Assembly (NCBI GenBank): GCA_965524675.1 | Contig: CBERPN010000002.1 | Coordinates: forward strand, 1 to 50,700 | From: an uncultured bacterium | GTDB lineage: Bacteria > Actinomycetota > Acidimicrobiia > Acidimicrobiales > SHLQ01 | DNA length: 50,700 nucleotides | Reading direction: 5' to 3' | Shown: in pieces, positions 25,037 through 35,418 of the stretch | Layout of the letters: each line of letters opens with the position of its first letter | Position numbering within the stretch: the stretch's first letter is position 1 | Translations under genes and position numbers: made by a program | Notes under the pieces: model-generated | Database searches by the model: none | What the model saw: the letters and a program-made list of their open reading frames with translations, nothing else | What the model was told of the DNA's origin: nothing

Positions 25037-27091
25037 ATGAGCTCGATCGAACGTTCCATGACCCCGTTTAAGGTCGTGGCCGACTTCCAACCCGACGGCG
25101 ATCAGCCCAAGGCTATTGCGGCGCTTGCCGAAGGACTCGAACGCGGCGACCGGTTCCAGACTCTGCTCGGCATCACCGGCTCTGGTAAGAGTGCCACCAT
25201 GGCCTGGACCATCGAGGCTGTCCAGCGGCCGACACTCATCCTGGCCCCAAACAAGTCGCTCGCGGCCCAGCTCGCCAACGAAATGCGTGAGTTCTTCCCC
25301 GATAATCGAGTCGAGTACTTCGTCTCCTACTACGACTATTACCAGCCCGAGGCATACATGGCCTCTAGCGATACCTACATCGAGAAAGATTCCTCAGTAA
25401 ACGACGAGATCGACCGGTTGCGTCACTCGTCGACATCGGCACTGCTGACGCGCCGCGACACCATAATCGTGGCATCGGTTTCGTGTATCTATGGCCTTGG
25501 CGCTCCCGACGAATACGAAAAGCAGATGCTGCTGATCCGCAAGGGCGACGATTTCGACCAACGCGATATTTTGCGAAAACTTGTCGATATGCAGTACGAG
25601 CGCAACGACATGAATTTGGTTCGGGCAAAGTTTCGGGTGCGTGGCGACACTATCGAGGTGCATCCGGCGTACGACGAGACGATCGTGCGGATCGAACTGT
25701 TCGGCGACGAAATCGAGCAGATCACCCGGGTCGATCCGCTCACCGGCGAGAGGATCGAAGAAATCGATGAACTGGTGATCTTTGCAGCCACCCACTATGT
25801 AGCTGGCCAAGAACGGATGGCACGAGCCATTGTTGGAATCCAGGCCGAGCTCCAGCAGCGTCTAGCCGAATTCACAGATGAAGGCCGGCTGCTCGAGGCT
25901 CAGCGTTTGCGGATGCGAACCGAGTACGACCTCGAGATGATGCAGGAGGTTGGGTTCTGCAACGGTATCGAGAATTACTCGATGCATATCGATGGCCGGG
26001 TGCGAGGCGAAGCGCCCAACACCTTGATGGATTACTTTCCCGACGATTTCTTGTTGGTCGTCGACGAATCCCATGTCGCTATCCCACAGCTTCACGGACA
26101 GTACGAGGGCGATCGCAGCCGCAAGGAGATCCTCGTCGAACACGGGTTTCGGTTGCCGTCGGCCTCGGACAATCGTCCACTGCGCTTTGACGAGGTAATG
26201 GAGCGAATCAACCAGGCGGTCTTCATGTCGGCGACACCCGGCGACTTCGAGGTGGGTAACAGCAGCCAGATCGTCGAGCAGATCGTTCGACCGACCGGCC
26301 TCATCGACCCCGAGATCGTCGTTCGTCCAACAAAGGGCCAAATCGACGATCTATTGGTCGAAATCGAGAAACGGCGTGCTGCGGACGCTCGCGTGCTAGT
26401 CACCACCCTCACAAAGAAGATGTCGGAGGATCTAACCGATTATCTACTCGAGATGGGCGTACGAGTGCGTTATCTGCACAGCGAGATAGACACCATCGAG
26501 CGAATCGAGATTCTGCGAGATTTGCGCCTCGGTGAGTTCGATGTTCTGGTCGGCATCAACTTGCTGCGAGAAGGCCTCGACCTGCCCGAGGTTTCGTTGG
26601 TAGCGATTCTCGACGCCGACAAAGAAGGCTTCCTTCGCAGCAAGACCTCACTGGTCCAAACCATTGGTAGAGCCGCCCGAAACGTGGATGGCCAGGTCAT
26701 CATGTACGCCGACGTGATCACCGATTCGATGCAGCACGCGATCAGCGAAACCAACCGGCGGCGTGGCCTGCAGCAGGCATATAACGCCGAACACAACATC
26801 GACCCGAAGACAATCCGAAAAGCCGTAACAGACATCTTGGCGTTTTTGCGTCCCGCTAGCGCGACGGCGCCGGTTCCCGAGAAGTTGGCGACCCTCGCTG
26901 GCGACCGCATCCGTGCCCAGATCGATACCGCCGAGATGGCGGGCGACGATATCGAGCGCCTCATTCGGACCCTCACCGAAGAAATGAACGACGCATCGCG
27001 CGAGCTTCGCTTTGAGTACGCGGCTCGACTGCGCGACGAGATCAAAGAACTCGGTCGCGAGCTGCGCGACATCACAGGTTCTCGGGCCTAG
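25037..27091 (+). CDS. uvrB: excinuclease ABC subunit B
   Basis: 684 aa. Motifs: [23 protein letters not shown] (Walker A), DESH, helicase motifs, and the C-terminal UVR domain [13 protein letters not shown]. Confidence 0.97.
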   Translation: MSSIERSMTPFKVVADFQPDGDQPKAIAALAEGLERGDRFQTLLGITGSGKSATMAWTIEAVQRPTLILAPNKSLAAQLANEMREFFPDNRVEYFVSYYDYYQPEAYMASSDTYIEKDSSVNDEIDRLRHSSTSALLTRRDTIIVASVSCIYGLGAPDEYEKQMLLIRKGDDFDQRDILRKLVDMQYERNDMNLVRAKFRVRGDTIEVHPAYDETIVRIELFGDEIEQITRVDPLTGERIEEIDELVIFAATHYVAGQERMARAIVGIQAELQQRLAEFTDEGRLLEAQRLRMRTEYDLEMMQEVGFCNGIENYSMHIDGRVRGEAPNTLMDYFPDDFLLVVDESHVAIPQLHGQYEGDRSRKEILVEHGFRLPSASDNRPLRFDEVMERINQAVFMSATPGDFEVGNSSQIVEQIVRPTGLIDPEIVVRPTKGQIDDLLVEIEKRRAADARVLVTTLTKKMSEDLTDYLLEMGVRVRYLHSEIDTIERIEILRDLRLGEFDVLVGINLLREGLDLPEVSLVAILDADKEGFLRSKTSLVQTIGRAARNVDGQVIMYADVITDSMQHAISETNRRRGLQQAYNAEHNIDPKTIRKAVTDILAFLRPASATAPVPEKLATLAGDRIRAQIDTAEMAGDDIERLIRTLTEEMNDASRELRFEYAARLRDEIKELGRELRDITGSRA

Positions 27092-27141
27092 CGTCGCTAA
27101 CTCCTTCAGCGAAGCGGCCTGGTGCCGATTGTGAAGGAGCT

Positions 27142-28887
27142 ATGAGCCTTATCGATCGTGCGATTCCTGAGCCAGCTCATAGCTCCCGAGTCGACGAGTC
27201 TTCCGGCAGCGCTATCGCAGCGATTGTTAATCGGCCATTCCCGGCGGTCGTCGCGGTGTTATTGGTCTACGCGATTCTGGCAGTGTTTAACTCTGGTGGG
27301 GTTGGATATCTCAGCACCGACACCGGCGGCAAGGTCGCAACCCTCGAGGCGATGAGCCAACGCGGTGATCTCACCCCCGATGTTGGATACTGGGCGGTGC
27401 AGCACGATCCAGAGGGCCGCTTGCATCCCTTCGCCAACACGGAAAAGCGTGGCGATCAGTGGGTAAACGTGACCACACTACCGATGCTTTATGCCGCCTA
27501 TCCGCTGTACCAAGTCGGTGGTTATCGCTTGGCGCTTCTGTTACCGATGCTAGGGGCGGTCACCGCCGCTTTCGCGGGCAGAGCCTTAGCGGAGCGATTT
27601 CGGCCGGGGGCGGGCTGGATGGCCTACTGGGTCCTCGCGCTAGCTTCTCCGCTCACCATTTACGCACTTGACTTCTGGGAACACACTTGGGGTGTCGCAT
27701 TGGTTTTGTGGGCGATCGAGCTGCTATATCGCAGTGTCGCCGACCGTCGAGAACTCGACTTTCCGTTCCTCGTCACCACAATGCTCGCTGGGTCATATCT
27801 CGGGATAGCTGCGGCAATGCGAAGCGAGACCCTTGTCTTTGGCTTTGTTGCTGTTGGCCTAGCATGCGTCTCGCTCCTACGAAGGCGCTTGCTGCTCACC
27901 TCGTTGGTCACGGGGTTCGTGGCGGGCTTCGGCTTCGCAGTCTCGCAGCTAGCCAGCGTCGCATTGGAGCGGTGGGCTTTCGGAACCTCTATCAGGACCG
28001 GCCGTTCTACCGACACGGCAAGCCGTGTCGGCGAAGAACTCGCTCAGCGAATCGAGGAGGCGGCCGTTACCAGCTTTGGTCTATTCCCTAGTTCGAAGTC
28101 GGGCGAGCTGGCCTTCGGTGCGCTTGCCTTTGGCCTGATAGTCGTTGCCTCCGCATTGGCCGTGCGTCGTAACGATCGCGCTGAAGCTGTCATGGCGCTG
28201 GCGGCGCTGCTGCTGGGGCTTAGGGTTCTCGTCGGCGGACTTGGCTTTGTTCCGGGAGCCGTCATGGCTGCTCCACTCGCTGGTGTGGGGCTCGCAATCG
28301 GTTCGCGCCTAAAAGCCGCCCGACTTGCGATGGCGATGGTATTGGTAGCGACGCCTGGGGTATGGGCCTTTCAGTTTCTTGGCGGCGCTATTCCTCAATG
28401 GGGCGGCCGCTACATTCTGCCTGCAACGATCCTGTTGGTGGTAGTGGGGGTAGTGGCGCTCGGCGAGGTTGGATTGCGTGTGCGGGGATTGGCTATCGCC
28501 ATAAGCCTCGCAATGACGGTGGTGGGGGTCGGCTGGACCCATCAGCGCACCACCGGGTTCGAAAAGACGATGACGATTCTGGCCGATCGACCTGAAAAAG
28601 CCTTAGTTTTTGAGCCGTTCTTTCTTGCTCGCGAAGCCGGTCCGCTAATGCTCGGCGAGCGCTGGCTAACCGCTGGAAGCGAGGCTGATCTGGAGTTTGC
28701 TATCGAGGTTTTGAGGGCAAGCGATACTGCAGACTTCGGACTCGTGAAAGAGCCGAGCAACCAGACCCTTGAGCAAGCCCTTGCTGTTGCACCACAACTC
28801 GGTGACTTCTTACCTTCGGCAGCGAACTATGTGGAGATTCTTTCGTTGCGACTGGTGGTAATCACCTATATCGATCCAGCGATCTAG
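27142..28887 (+). CDS. polytopic membrane protein, possible GT-C-fold glycosyltransferase
   Basis: 581 aa. The RBS GAAGGAG is upstream. It has at least 12 hydrophobic helices, an acidic first loop (STDTGGKVATLEAMSQRGDL) and a soluble C-terminal ~90 aa. Function is inferred from architecture only. Confidence 0.6.
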   Translation: MSLIDRAIPEPAHSSRVDESSGSAIAAIVNRPFPAVVAVLLVYAILAVFNSGGVGYLSTDTGGKVATLEAMSQRGDLTPDVGYWAVQHDPEGRLHPFANTEKRGDQWVNVTTLPMLYAAYPLYQVGGYRLALLLPMLGAVTAAFAGRALAERFRPGAGWMAYWVLALASPLTIYALDFWEHTWGVALVLWAIELLYRSVADRRELDFPFLVTTMLAGSYLGIAAAMRSETLVFGFVAVGLACVSLLRRRLLLTSLVTGFVAGFGFAVSQLASVALERWAFGTSIRTGRSTDTASRVGEELAQRIEEAAVTSFGLFPSSKSGELAFGALAFGLIVVASALAVRRNDRAEAVMALAALLLGLRVLVGGLGFVPGAVMAAPLAGVGLAIGSRLKAARLAMAMVLVATPGVWAFQFLGGAIPQWGGRYILPATILLVVVGVVALGEVGLRVRGLAIAISLAMTVVGVGWTHQRTTGFEKTMTILADRPEKALVFEPFFLAREAGPLMLGERWLTAGSEADLEFAIEVLRASDTADFGLVKEPSNQTLEQALAVAPQLGDFLPSAANYVEILSLRLVVITYIDPAI

Positions 28888-28949
28888 CAGGGTGTCGAAG
28901 AGTCTGGTTCTTGGTGATTCGAACCGCTAGGTCTGACTATCGAATTTAA

Positions 28950-28965
28950 TCGAACGTCCGTTCGT
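28950..28965. promoter_or_regulatory. LexA (SOS) box upstream of uvrA
   Basis: TCGAAC-GTCC-GTTCGT compares with the actinobacterial consensus TCGAAC-N4-GTTCGA. It lies 36 nt upstream of the uvrA ATG. Confidence 0.7.
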
Positions 28966-29000
28966 GTATCGCGCAACTTCGACGGCTATGCTCGCCGCCG

Positions 29001-31874
29001 ATGGCCGATCAACTCATTGTCCGTGGAGCGCGCGAGCACAACCTCGCCGACATCGATATCGACCTCCCGCGCGACCGACTCATTGTCTTTACTGGTCTGT
29101 CTGGTTCGGGCAAGTCTTCGCTGGCATTCGACACGATCTACGCGGAAGGCCAGCGCCGCTATGTCGAATCGCTGTCGGCGTATGCCCGTCAGTTTCTCGG
29201 TCAGATGGATAAGCCCGACGTCGATTTTATCGAGGGTTTGTCGCCAGCGATCTCGATCGACCAGAAGAGTGCTTCTCGAAATCCTCGGTCGACGGTTGGC
29301 ACCATCACCGAGGTTTACGACTACCTACGGTTGCTATACGCCCGTATAGGGGTACCGCATTGCCCTAACGATGGCACCCCGATCAGCCGTCAGACCCCGC
29401 AGCAGATTGTCGACAGGGTGCTCGAGTTGCCGGAGGGAACTCGCTTCCAAGTACTCGCCCCGATCGTTCGAGGTCGAAAGGGCAGCTACGATACATTGCT
29501 CGCCGATTTGGCTGGCGACGGGTTTGCGCGTGCGATCGTCGATGGCGAGTTGCTAGAACTCGGCGCCGACCTCGAACTGGAGTTGGAGCGCTACGAGATG
29601 CACGATATCCAGGTGGTCGTCGACCGCTTGGTTTTGCGGGAAGGGATCGAACGCCGTCTTACCGACTCTATGGAGACTGCATTGGGTCTCGCCGATGGAG
29701 TCGCTCAGATCGAGATCGTCGCTAAGAAGTCCAGTGACGCAGGTGAAGAGACCACAATCGACGACGACGCAGCGCAGCTCATCACCTTTAGTCAACACCT
29801 GGCTTGCGACGAGTGCGGATCTTCCTATGATGAACTCGCACCACGTAACTTTTCGTTCAACTCCCCTTATGGGGCGTGCCCATCCTGTGACGGACTCGGG
29901 ACCCTGTTCGAGGTCGACCCTGAACTGGTCGTTCCGAACCCCGAGCTAAGCCTGGCCGACGGGGCGATTGCGCCTTGGTCGAGCGGAACCAGCAAATACT
30001 TCCAACGTCTGGTTCAGGCGGTAGCCGACGACAACGGCATCGACATGAACATGGCCTGGTCGAAGCTTCCTAAGGCGAAACGACGCCTGATGCTGTATGG
30101 CGGCACCAAGAAGCGGGTCGAGGTGAGCTACAAGAACCGCTACGGCCGTAGCCGAAAATACATGGCCAACTACGAGGGAGCGGTTCCCTATCTCAAGCGC
30201 ATCCAGACCGAAACCGACAGCGACACGCGGCGCGACCAGATCGAGGGATACATGCGTCAGGTGGCATGTGAGACCTGTGGGGGAGCGCGTCTTAACCGGT
30301 TGTCGGCAAATGTCACCATCGATGGTCATACCCTCGGCGACATCGGCCAGATGTCGATTGGTGAGGCGGCCAAGGTTTTGGATGGCCTCGAGCTTTCCGA
30401 GCGCGATCAGATCATCGCGGAACAGGTGGTCAAGGAGATAAATGCACGGATGGGGTTCCTGCTCGATGTCGGGCTCGACTACCTGTCGTTGGGCCGATCG
30501 GCGGGCACGCTCGCTGGCGGTGAAGCCCAACGGATTCGGTTGGCTTCGCAGATTGGAAGCGGACTAGTCGGTGTTCTCTACGTTCTAGACGAGCCCTCGA
30601 TCGGCCTGCACCAACGCGACAACCACCGCCTAATCGAAACCCTGCTGCGGCTACGAAACCTTGGCAACACTGTCATCGTGGTCGAACACGATGAAGACAC
30701 GATCAAGGTCGCCGACTATGTCGTCGACATCGGCCCAGGGGCTGGTGAGCACGGTGGCCAGATCGTCCACGCTGGCTCGGTCGCCAAACTGCTCAAGAAC
30801 AAGAAGTCGCTCACCGGCCAGTACCTGTCTGGCAAGAAAGCGATTCCGATTCCAGAGAAGCGCCGGCCTGGAAGCGGCGAAGCCCTAGTGGTTCGGGGAG
30901 CGCGCGAGAACAACCTAAAGAATATCGATATCTCGTTTCCCCTCGGTTCGTTCGTTTCGGTTACCGGGGTATCGGGATCTGGCAAGTCAACCTTGGTCAA
31001 CGAGATTCTGTACCGAGCGTTGATGCAGGGGATCTACAAATCAAAAATGCCGCCCGGCCTACACACGGCGGTCGAGGGCATCGAGTTCATCGACAAGGTC
31101 ATCAACATCGACCAGTCGCCAATCGGGCGAACGCCCCGCTCTAACGCCGCTACCTACACGGGGGTGTTCGACCATGTAAGAAAGCTCTTTGCTCAGACTC
31201 AGGAGTCCAAGGTACGTGGGTATCTGCCAGGGCGCTTCTCGTTCAACGTAAAGGGCGGTCGCTGCGAAGCTTGTGCGGGCGACGGAACCATCAAAATCGA
31301 GATGCATTTCTTGCCCGACGTCTATGTGCCGTGCGAGGTTTGTAAAGGCAAGCGCTACAACCGCGACACCCTCGATATCACGTTCAAGGGTAAGAATATT
31401 TCCGAGGTTCTGGCGATGCCTATCGAGGAGGCACTCGAGTTCTTTGGCAATCAGCCCGCCATTGCCCGACATATGCAAACCTTGGTCGATGTAGGTCTTG
31501 GTTATGTTCGCCTCGGCCAACCCGCACCCACCCTGTCGGGCGGCGAGGCGCAGCGAGTGAAGCTAGCGAGCGAACTCGCTAAACGGTCCACCGGCCACAC
31601 TATCTATATCCTTGACGAGCCGACGACGGGTTTGCATTTTGAGGACATTCGCAAACTTCTAGGAGTGCTCAGCCGCTTGGTTGATCAGGGCAATAGCGTT
31701 CTGGTTATCGAACACAACCTCGACGTGATCAAGACCGCCGACTGGGTTATAGACCTAGGGCCAGAAGGCGGTGTCGGTGGCGGTACCGTCCTAGTCGAAG
31801 GTACCCCCGAGACTGTCGCCCAAAAGTCCGACAGTCACACTGGAAGATTCCTAAAACCGCTGCTCTCGGTGTGA
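29001..31874 (+). CDS. uvrA: excinuclease ABC subunit A
   Basis: 957 aa. There are two ABC modules ([14 protein letters not shown] and [13 protein letters not shown]), zinc-finger Cys clusters (CDECGSS...CPSCDG; CEACAGDG...CEVCKG) and LSGGE signatures. Confidence 0.98.
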   Translation: MADQLIVRGAREHNLADIDIDLPRDRLIVFTGLSGSGKSSLAFDTIYAEGQRRYVESLSAYARQFLGQMDKPDVDFIEGLSPAISIDQKSASRNPRSTVGTITEVYDYLRLLYARIGVPHCPNDGTPISRQTPQQIVDRVLELPEGTRFQVLAPIVRGRKGSYDTLLADLAGDGFARAIVDGELLELGADLELELERYEMHDIQVVVDRLVLREGIERRLTDSMETALGLADGVAQIEIVAKKSSDAGEETTIDDDAAQLITFSQHLACDECGSSYDELAPRNFSFNSPYGACPSCDGLGTLFEVDPELVVPNPELSLADGAIAPWSSGTSKYFQRLVQAVADDNGIDMNMAWSKLPKAKRRLMLYGGTKKRVEVSYKNRYGRSRKYMANYEGAVPYLKRIQTETDSDTRRDQIEGYMRQVACETCGGARLNRLSANVTIDGHTLGDIGQMSIGEAAKVLDGLELSERDQIIAEQVVKEINARMGFLLDVGLDYLSLGRSAGTLAGGEAQRIRLASQIGSGLVGVLYVLDEPSIGLHQRDNHRLIETLLRLRNLGNTVIVVEHDEDTIKVADYVVDIGPGAGEHGGQIVHAGSVAKLLKNKKSLTGQYLSGKKAIPIPEKRRPGSGEALVVRGARENNLKNIDISFPLGSFVSVTGVSGSGKSTLVNEILYRALMQGIYKSKMPPGLHTAVEGIEFIDKVINIDQSPIGRTPRSNAATYTGVFDHVRKLFAQTQESKVRGYLPGRFSFNVKGGRCEACAGDGTIKIEMHFLPDVYVPCEVCKGKRYNRDTLDITFKGKNISEVLAMPIEEALEFFGNQPAIARHMQTLVDVGLGYVRLGQPAPTLSGGEAQRVKLASELAKRSTGHTIYILDEPTTGLHFEDIRKLLGVLSRLVDQGNSVLVIEHNLDVIKTADWVIDLGPEGGVGGGTVLVEGTPETVAQKSDSHTGRFLKPLLSV

Positions 31875-31880
31875 GTTCCT

Positions 31881-31916
31881 GGTGTCAGACACGTCCCTAA
31901 TAAGGCGTCCCTAATC
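31881..31916 (-). repeat. solo 36-nt terminus of the interspersed repeat (copy D)
   Basis: The reverse complement GATTAGGGACGccttATTAGGGACGTGTCTGACACC matches 10670-10704 and 1731-1756. It starts 7 nt after the uvrA stop. Confidence 0.75.
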
Positions 31917-31932
31917 GACGAGTCCAGGCGTC

Positions 31933-33270
31933 TCAGCGTCCGGAACGAAGCAGTACTGCCCTAAGGGTTCGCACAACGATCCGAAGATCTAGTGGCAGCG
32001 ATTGTCGGCGGAGGTAGTAGAGATCGTATTGCAGCTTTTCTCGGGCATCGTTGCTATCGGCCGCGTACCCAAACTTAATCTGTGCCCATCCGGTAAGGCC
32101 TGGCCGGACCATGTGACGCACTTCGTAGTAGGGCAGCTTTGCTTCGAGTTGTTCGACGTATTGGCGTTGCTCGGGTCTCGGCCCGACGATTGAGAGGTCG
32201 CCGCGCATGATGTTAATTACCTGAGGCAGCTCATCGAGATGGCTTATCCGGAGAAATCCACCGAATCGGGTTATTCGAACATCACCGGACTTGGTCCACG
32301 GCTGGACCGTCGAGCTGGAAGCGGCAACCGGTATCATCGATCGGAACTTGTAAATACGAAAGTCCTTTCCGTCCTTACCCACTCGAATCTGCGTGTAGAA
32401 AACCGGACCACGATTAAATCGCAGGTTGGTTAAAGCGACGATCGGTATTAGCAGTAGTAGTGCGGCGAGTCCGACCGACGCGAAGGCAATGTCGAACACC
32501 CTTTTAGTTCGCACGTAGCGGAGCCGATGTACCTCGCCAATATCGAATAGCAAGGACATGCGTTCCATTTCGGTTAATGGAATCTTTCCTAGGTACTCTT
32601 CGGAAAAAAGCGAGAGCGTCCGTACCCGCACACCCGTACGATGTAGCGCTGCAGCTTGCTTCACGATCTCGGGGTTAGCTTGGCCGGCCAGATCCATGAT
32701 CAACAGATCTGCCGAGCTGGTCGCAAAGGCTTCGGTTAAGCAGTCGCTTGAGGTGAACCCGCTGTTGGTGCTTTCGGTGGGGTCGAGCCAGCCAACGATT
32801 TCGGCGGGGCGCTCGCTGGGTCCTGTCAGATCACCACGAAGCTCGGCTACCTCATCGGGTCGGGCGGTTACAAAGACCCGGGTTGAGGCTCGTGAATCGA
32901 CATCGGAGTTGAATTGCCAGCACATGAGGGCCCATGGCAGCAAGGCGACGGAGGTTGGTCCGACTACTAAGCGGGGCAAAAGGGGCACCCCGAGAACAAG
33001 CTGCGAAACAGACACGAAGAGCACCGAGGCTGCAACGGCTGCGAAGGCGCTACCTACAGCCCCGATTCGCGTCAACGGAATATCTGGGAGACCAAGTCCA
33101 TATGCAGTGACAAGGAATACTGTTAGGAAGATCACGGTCCACGGAAAGCGAAATGTGGTGAACGGGTCGTACGGCGTCGCGGTCGCCCGAGCGTGAACAA
33201 CCATGAAAAAGCCGGACAGCGCGACCGAGCCTAAAGGCAATGGCAGCAGCCGGAAGATCCTGTGGTTCAT
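31933..33270 (-). CDS. polyprenyl-phosphate glycosyl-1-phosphate (priming) sugar transferase, WbaP/EpsB-like
   Basis: 445 aa with N-terminal TM helices and a C-terminal Bac_transf domain (RVFDIAFA...RGPVFYTQIRVGKDGKDFRIYKFRSM...PGLTGWAQI). Confidence 0.88.
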   Translation of the reverse strand: MNHRIFRLLPLPLGSVALSGFFMVVHARATATPYDPFTTFRFPWTVIFLTVFLVTAYGLGLPDIPLTRIGAVGSAFAAVAASVLFVSVSQLVLGVPLLPRLVVGPTSVALLPWALMCWQFNSDVDSRASTRVFVTARPDEVAELRGDLTGPSERPAEIVGWLDPTESTNSGFTSSDCLTEAFATSSADLLIMDLAGQANPEIVKQAAALHRTGVRVRTLSLFSEEYLGKIPLTEMERMSLLFDIGEVHRLRYVRTKRVFDIAFASVGLAALLLLIPIVALTNLRFNRGPVFYTQIRVGKDGKDFRIYKFRSMIPVAASSSTVQPWTKSGDVRITRFGGFLRISHLDELPQVINIMRGDLSIVGPRPEQRQYVEQLEAKLPYYEVRHMVRPGLTGWAQIKFGYAADSNDAREKLQYDLYYLRRQSLPLDLRIVVRTLRAVLLRSGR

Positions 33271-33279
33271 TTCAAAGGG

Positions 33280-34692
33280 TCAGAGCGAGAAGGAAGGTTC
33301 GCGCTGATACGTTGGCGGCTCGATGTCGAGGGCGCGCAAAATGGCAGGTGCTACTTCGCGGGCATCGACTGGGTCGTGCTGGAATCGTGCGGTGGTGCTG
33401 TTCATGCAAATCAATGACCCGACTGGGTGGTGCATCCCATTTCGGTGCTCGTCTACCGCGATGATTTCTCCTCCTAGGTCGCTAGCCGTCCATAGAGTTC
33501 CGGCGAACCGAACCGAGTTTGCCGTCCCAGGACTGCTCGAACCGACAACGTCGATGTCGTAGCCAATCGTCAGAACTCTGTCGCGTTGCTCCATATCGAG
33601 CCCTGAGTGCGGTCCGTGGGCGATATCAAGTTTCTCGCGTTGGTAGCGAGCCGCTTCGGGAGTGAGGAACTCCGCAGAAACCTGGGGTGCCATCGCAGAG
33701 CGGATCTCAAATGGTTCCACGACCCCGATGGCATTCATGAACTTTGAGGGACTGCGGACTATGAATACTTCGTCAGACCGGTCGCGCAGCGGCTCGCCTC
33801 CGATTTGGCCCATCGATGAAACGATCACCAGAGCTCTGCCGCTGCTGGTGCAGCGGGCAAGAAGCCGTGCAAGAACTCGATCGAGTTCGTCGAGCGCTGC
33901 TGGGATCTCATCTTGGAACCTCGCACACCACTCGTCGCTGTAGAGGTTGGTATCCCAATGGTCGGGAAAGGAGGCGTACCAGTATCGATGCATCGCCGCG
34001 GCGACGTGGTTTGTAAAGAACACAGCGAGGTCGGGATCGTGGCGATGCAGTAGTCGTTCAAAGACATCTGCCATCATCACAAAGTGAGCGGTCCGAAGAC
34101 GTTCGCGGGGAATTCTGTTGGCCGCCACACCGCCAGCGAGTATGCCGAGTCGTAGTAGCGTTGCTGGTCTGAGTCGGGCCTTTCCCGCAGCCGCGACACC
34201 GTTAACGTAACCTCGAATTGGACTTGTGGAGGACACAGCGCGGCTGTTCGAGCTAGTCATTGACAGGCTGAACCTCTGTAGTGCAGTCAGCGAAGCAGGA
34301 CGTGTGGCTGGTTCAGCAGCAAATGTGTCGGGTACACAAAATTCTAAGCCCGGAAGCTCTGCCTGGCTCTTCAGCGGTGACGAGTGCAGAGAACCGACAA
34401 CACCTACAGTGGATTCTTTCGAGGCGATCTCCCAATAGAGTGGCGTGTCGCTTGGTTTGGGGTCTGCGTAGCGAAAGACCTTGTGTTGTGGTAGTGGGAC
34501 TCCCATGGCCAAGGTAGCCCAAGTCTGCGAGGGGTATAGCTCGCGTCCCTCGAGATCATCAGTGTTTCTGGTTTCGCCAACAGCGCCGTCAGCAAGAAGT
34601 GAGGCGATAGCTGACTGTGGTTTGCGTTGCGCGTACCAACGAAAGATGAAGAGTGGTACTTCGTTGACTTCGAGAACTATTAGCCTGCCCAT
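33280..34692 (-). CDS. alkaline-phosphatase-superfamily-like protein (phosphodiesterase/pyrophosphatase-type fold), function uncertain
   Basis: 470 aa and soluble. The pattern LIVLEVNEVP...YPSQTWATLAMGVPLPQH...FFTNHVAAAMHRYW...VIVSSMGQ...NGMHHPVGS resembles PF01663-type enzymes. Several positions that are usually metal ligands look substituted. Confidence 0.4.
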   Translation of the reverse strand: MGRLIVLEVNEVPLFIFRWYAQRKPQSAIASLLADGAVGETRNTDDLEGRELYPSQTWATLAMGVPLPQHKVFRYADPKPSDTPLYWEIASKESTVGVVGSLHSSPLKSQAELPGLEFCVPDTFAAEPATRPASLTALQRFSLSMTSSNSRAVSSTSPIRGYVNGVAAAGKARLRPATLLRLGILAGGVAANRIPRERLRTAHFVMMADVFERLLHRHDPDLAVFFTNHVAAAMHRYWYASFPDHWDTNLYSDEWCARFQDEIPAALDELDRVLARLLARCTSSGRALVIVSSMGQIGGEPLRDRSDEVFIVRSPSKFMNAIGVVEPFEIRSAMAPQVSAEFLTPEAARYQREKLDIAHGPHSGLDMEQRDRVLTIGYDIDVVGSSSPGTANSVRFAGTLWTASDLGGEIIAVDEHRNGMHHPVGSLICMNSTTARFQHDPVDAREVAPAILRALDIEPPTYQREPSFSL

Positions 34693-34749
34693 GGCGTAAC
34701 CATCGGCAGTACTGATCTATTCGATAGTCAAGGGGCCGCCCGTCCACTG

Positions 34750-35418
34750 CTACGCCGCGATCGATTTAGCATCTACCTCAGAGAGCGTGCCTCGCACCAG
34801 ATACTGGACGACCCCAAATGGCCCAAGCGCTTGAGCCGTCAGGTTCGCGACCTTCCCGCGGGCCTCGGCCACGCGGCGAACATCGACCACGACCGGAGCT
34901 AAACCGGCCGCTTGGTACATGGAGAGAATCGTCGACTCTGTGAACCACCGAATATGAGATCGGTCGAGCAGCCCGGTTTCTTGGTAATCGAAGCGCCCGC
35001 GGACCACGAGCGGCAACCACAGCGCATAGCACCGCGCATTGGGAATTGATGCCAGGAACTGCCCGCCGGGTTTGAGATGCTGCTGTGCGAGCATCGCGAC
35101 CACCTTCCATGGGTCATAGAGGTGTTCGAGAACATCGCCGACGATGATGGCATCGAATCGACCCATCTCGGCAGTGTCGATATCTTCAATGTTGCCTTCA
35201 ACCACTCTCGTCAAGACTTTGCGAGCCTGTCTGGCCGCTATTGGGTCGAGTTCAATACCCACTACCGTGGCCGCAATCTGTGAACGTAAGAGTTCGGCAC
35301 CGGTATTTCCTGTGCCGCAGCCCAGTTCTAGAACCCTGAGGGCGCTTCCTGAGAGGTTTGCGATGAGGTCGTGCCGGACAGCCGAGAAGTAGCGATTCGG
35401 CGGTTCATGAAAGGTCAT
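34750..35418 (-). CDS. class I SAM-dependent methyltransferase
   Basis: The internal ATG 35418 overlaps the upstream gene stop (ATGA). Motif I is VLELGCGTGNTG, followed by VVGIELD and IIVGDVLEHL. Confidence 0.8.
   Translation of the reverse strand: MTFHEPPNRYFSAVRHDLIANLSGSALRVLELGCGTGNTGAELLRSQIAATVVGIELDPIAARQARKVLTRVVEGNIEDIDTAEMGRFDAIIVGDVLEHLYDPWKVVAMLAQQHLKPGGQFLASIPNARCYALWLPLVVRGRFDYQETGLLDRSHIRWFTESTILSMYQAAGLAPVVVDVRRVAEARGKVANLTAQALGPFGVVQYLVRGTLSEVDAKSIAA

Noticed and set aside
25040-25060. TCGATCGAACGTTCC near the uvrB start as a possible LexA box.
   Set aside because: It contains GAAC and GTTC with no 4-nt spacer, so it does not fit GAAC-N4-GTTC. It also lies inside the probable coding sequence.
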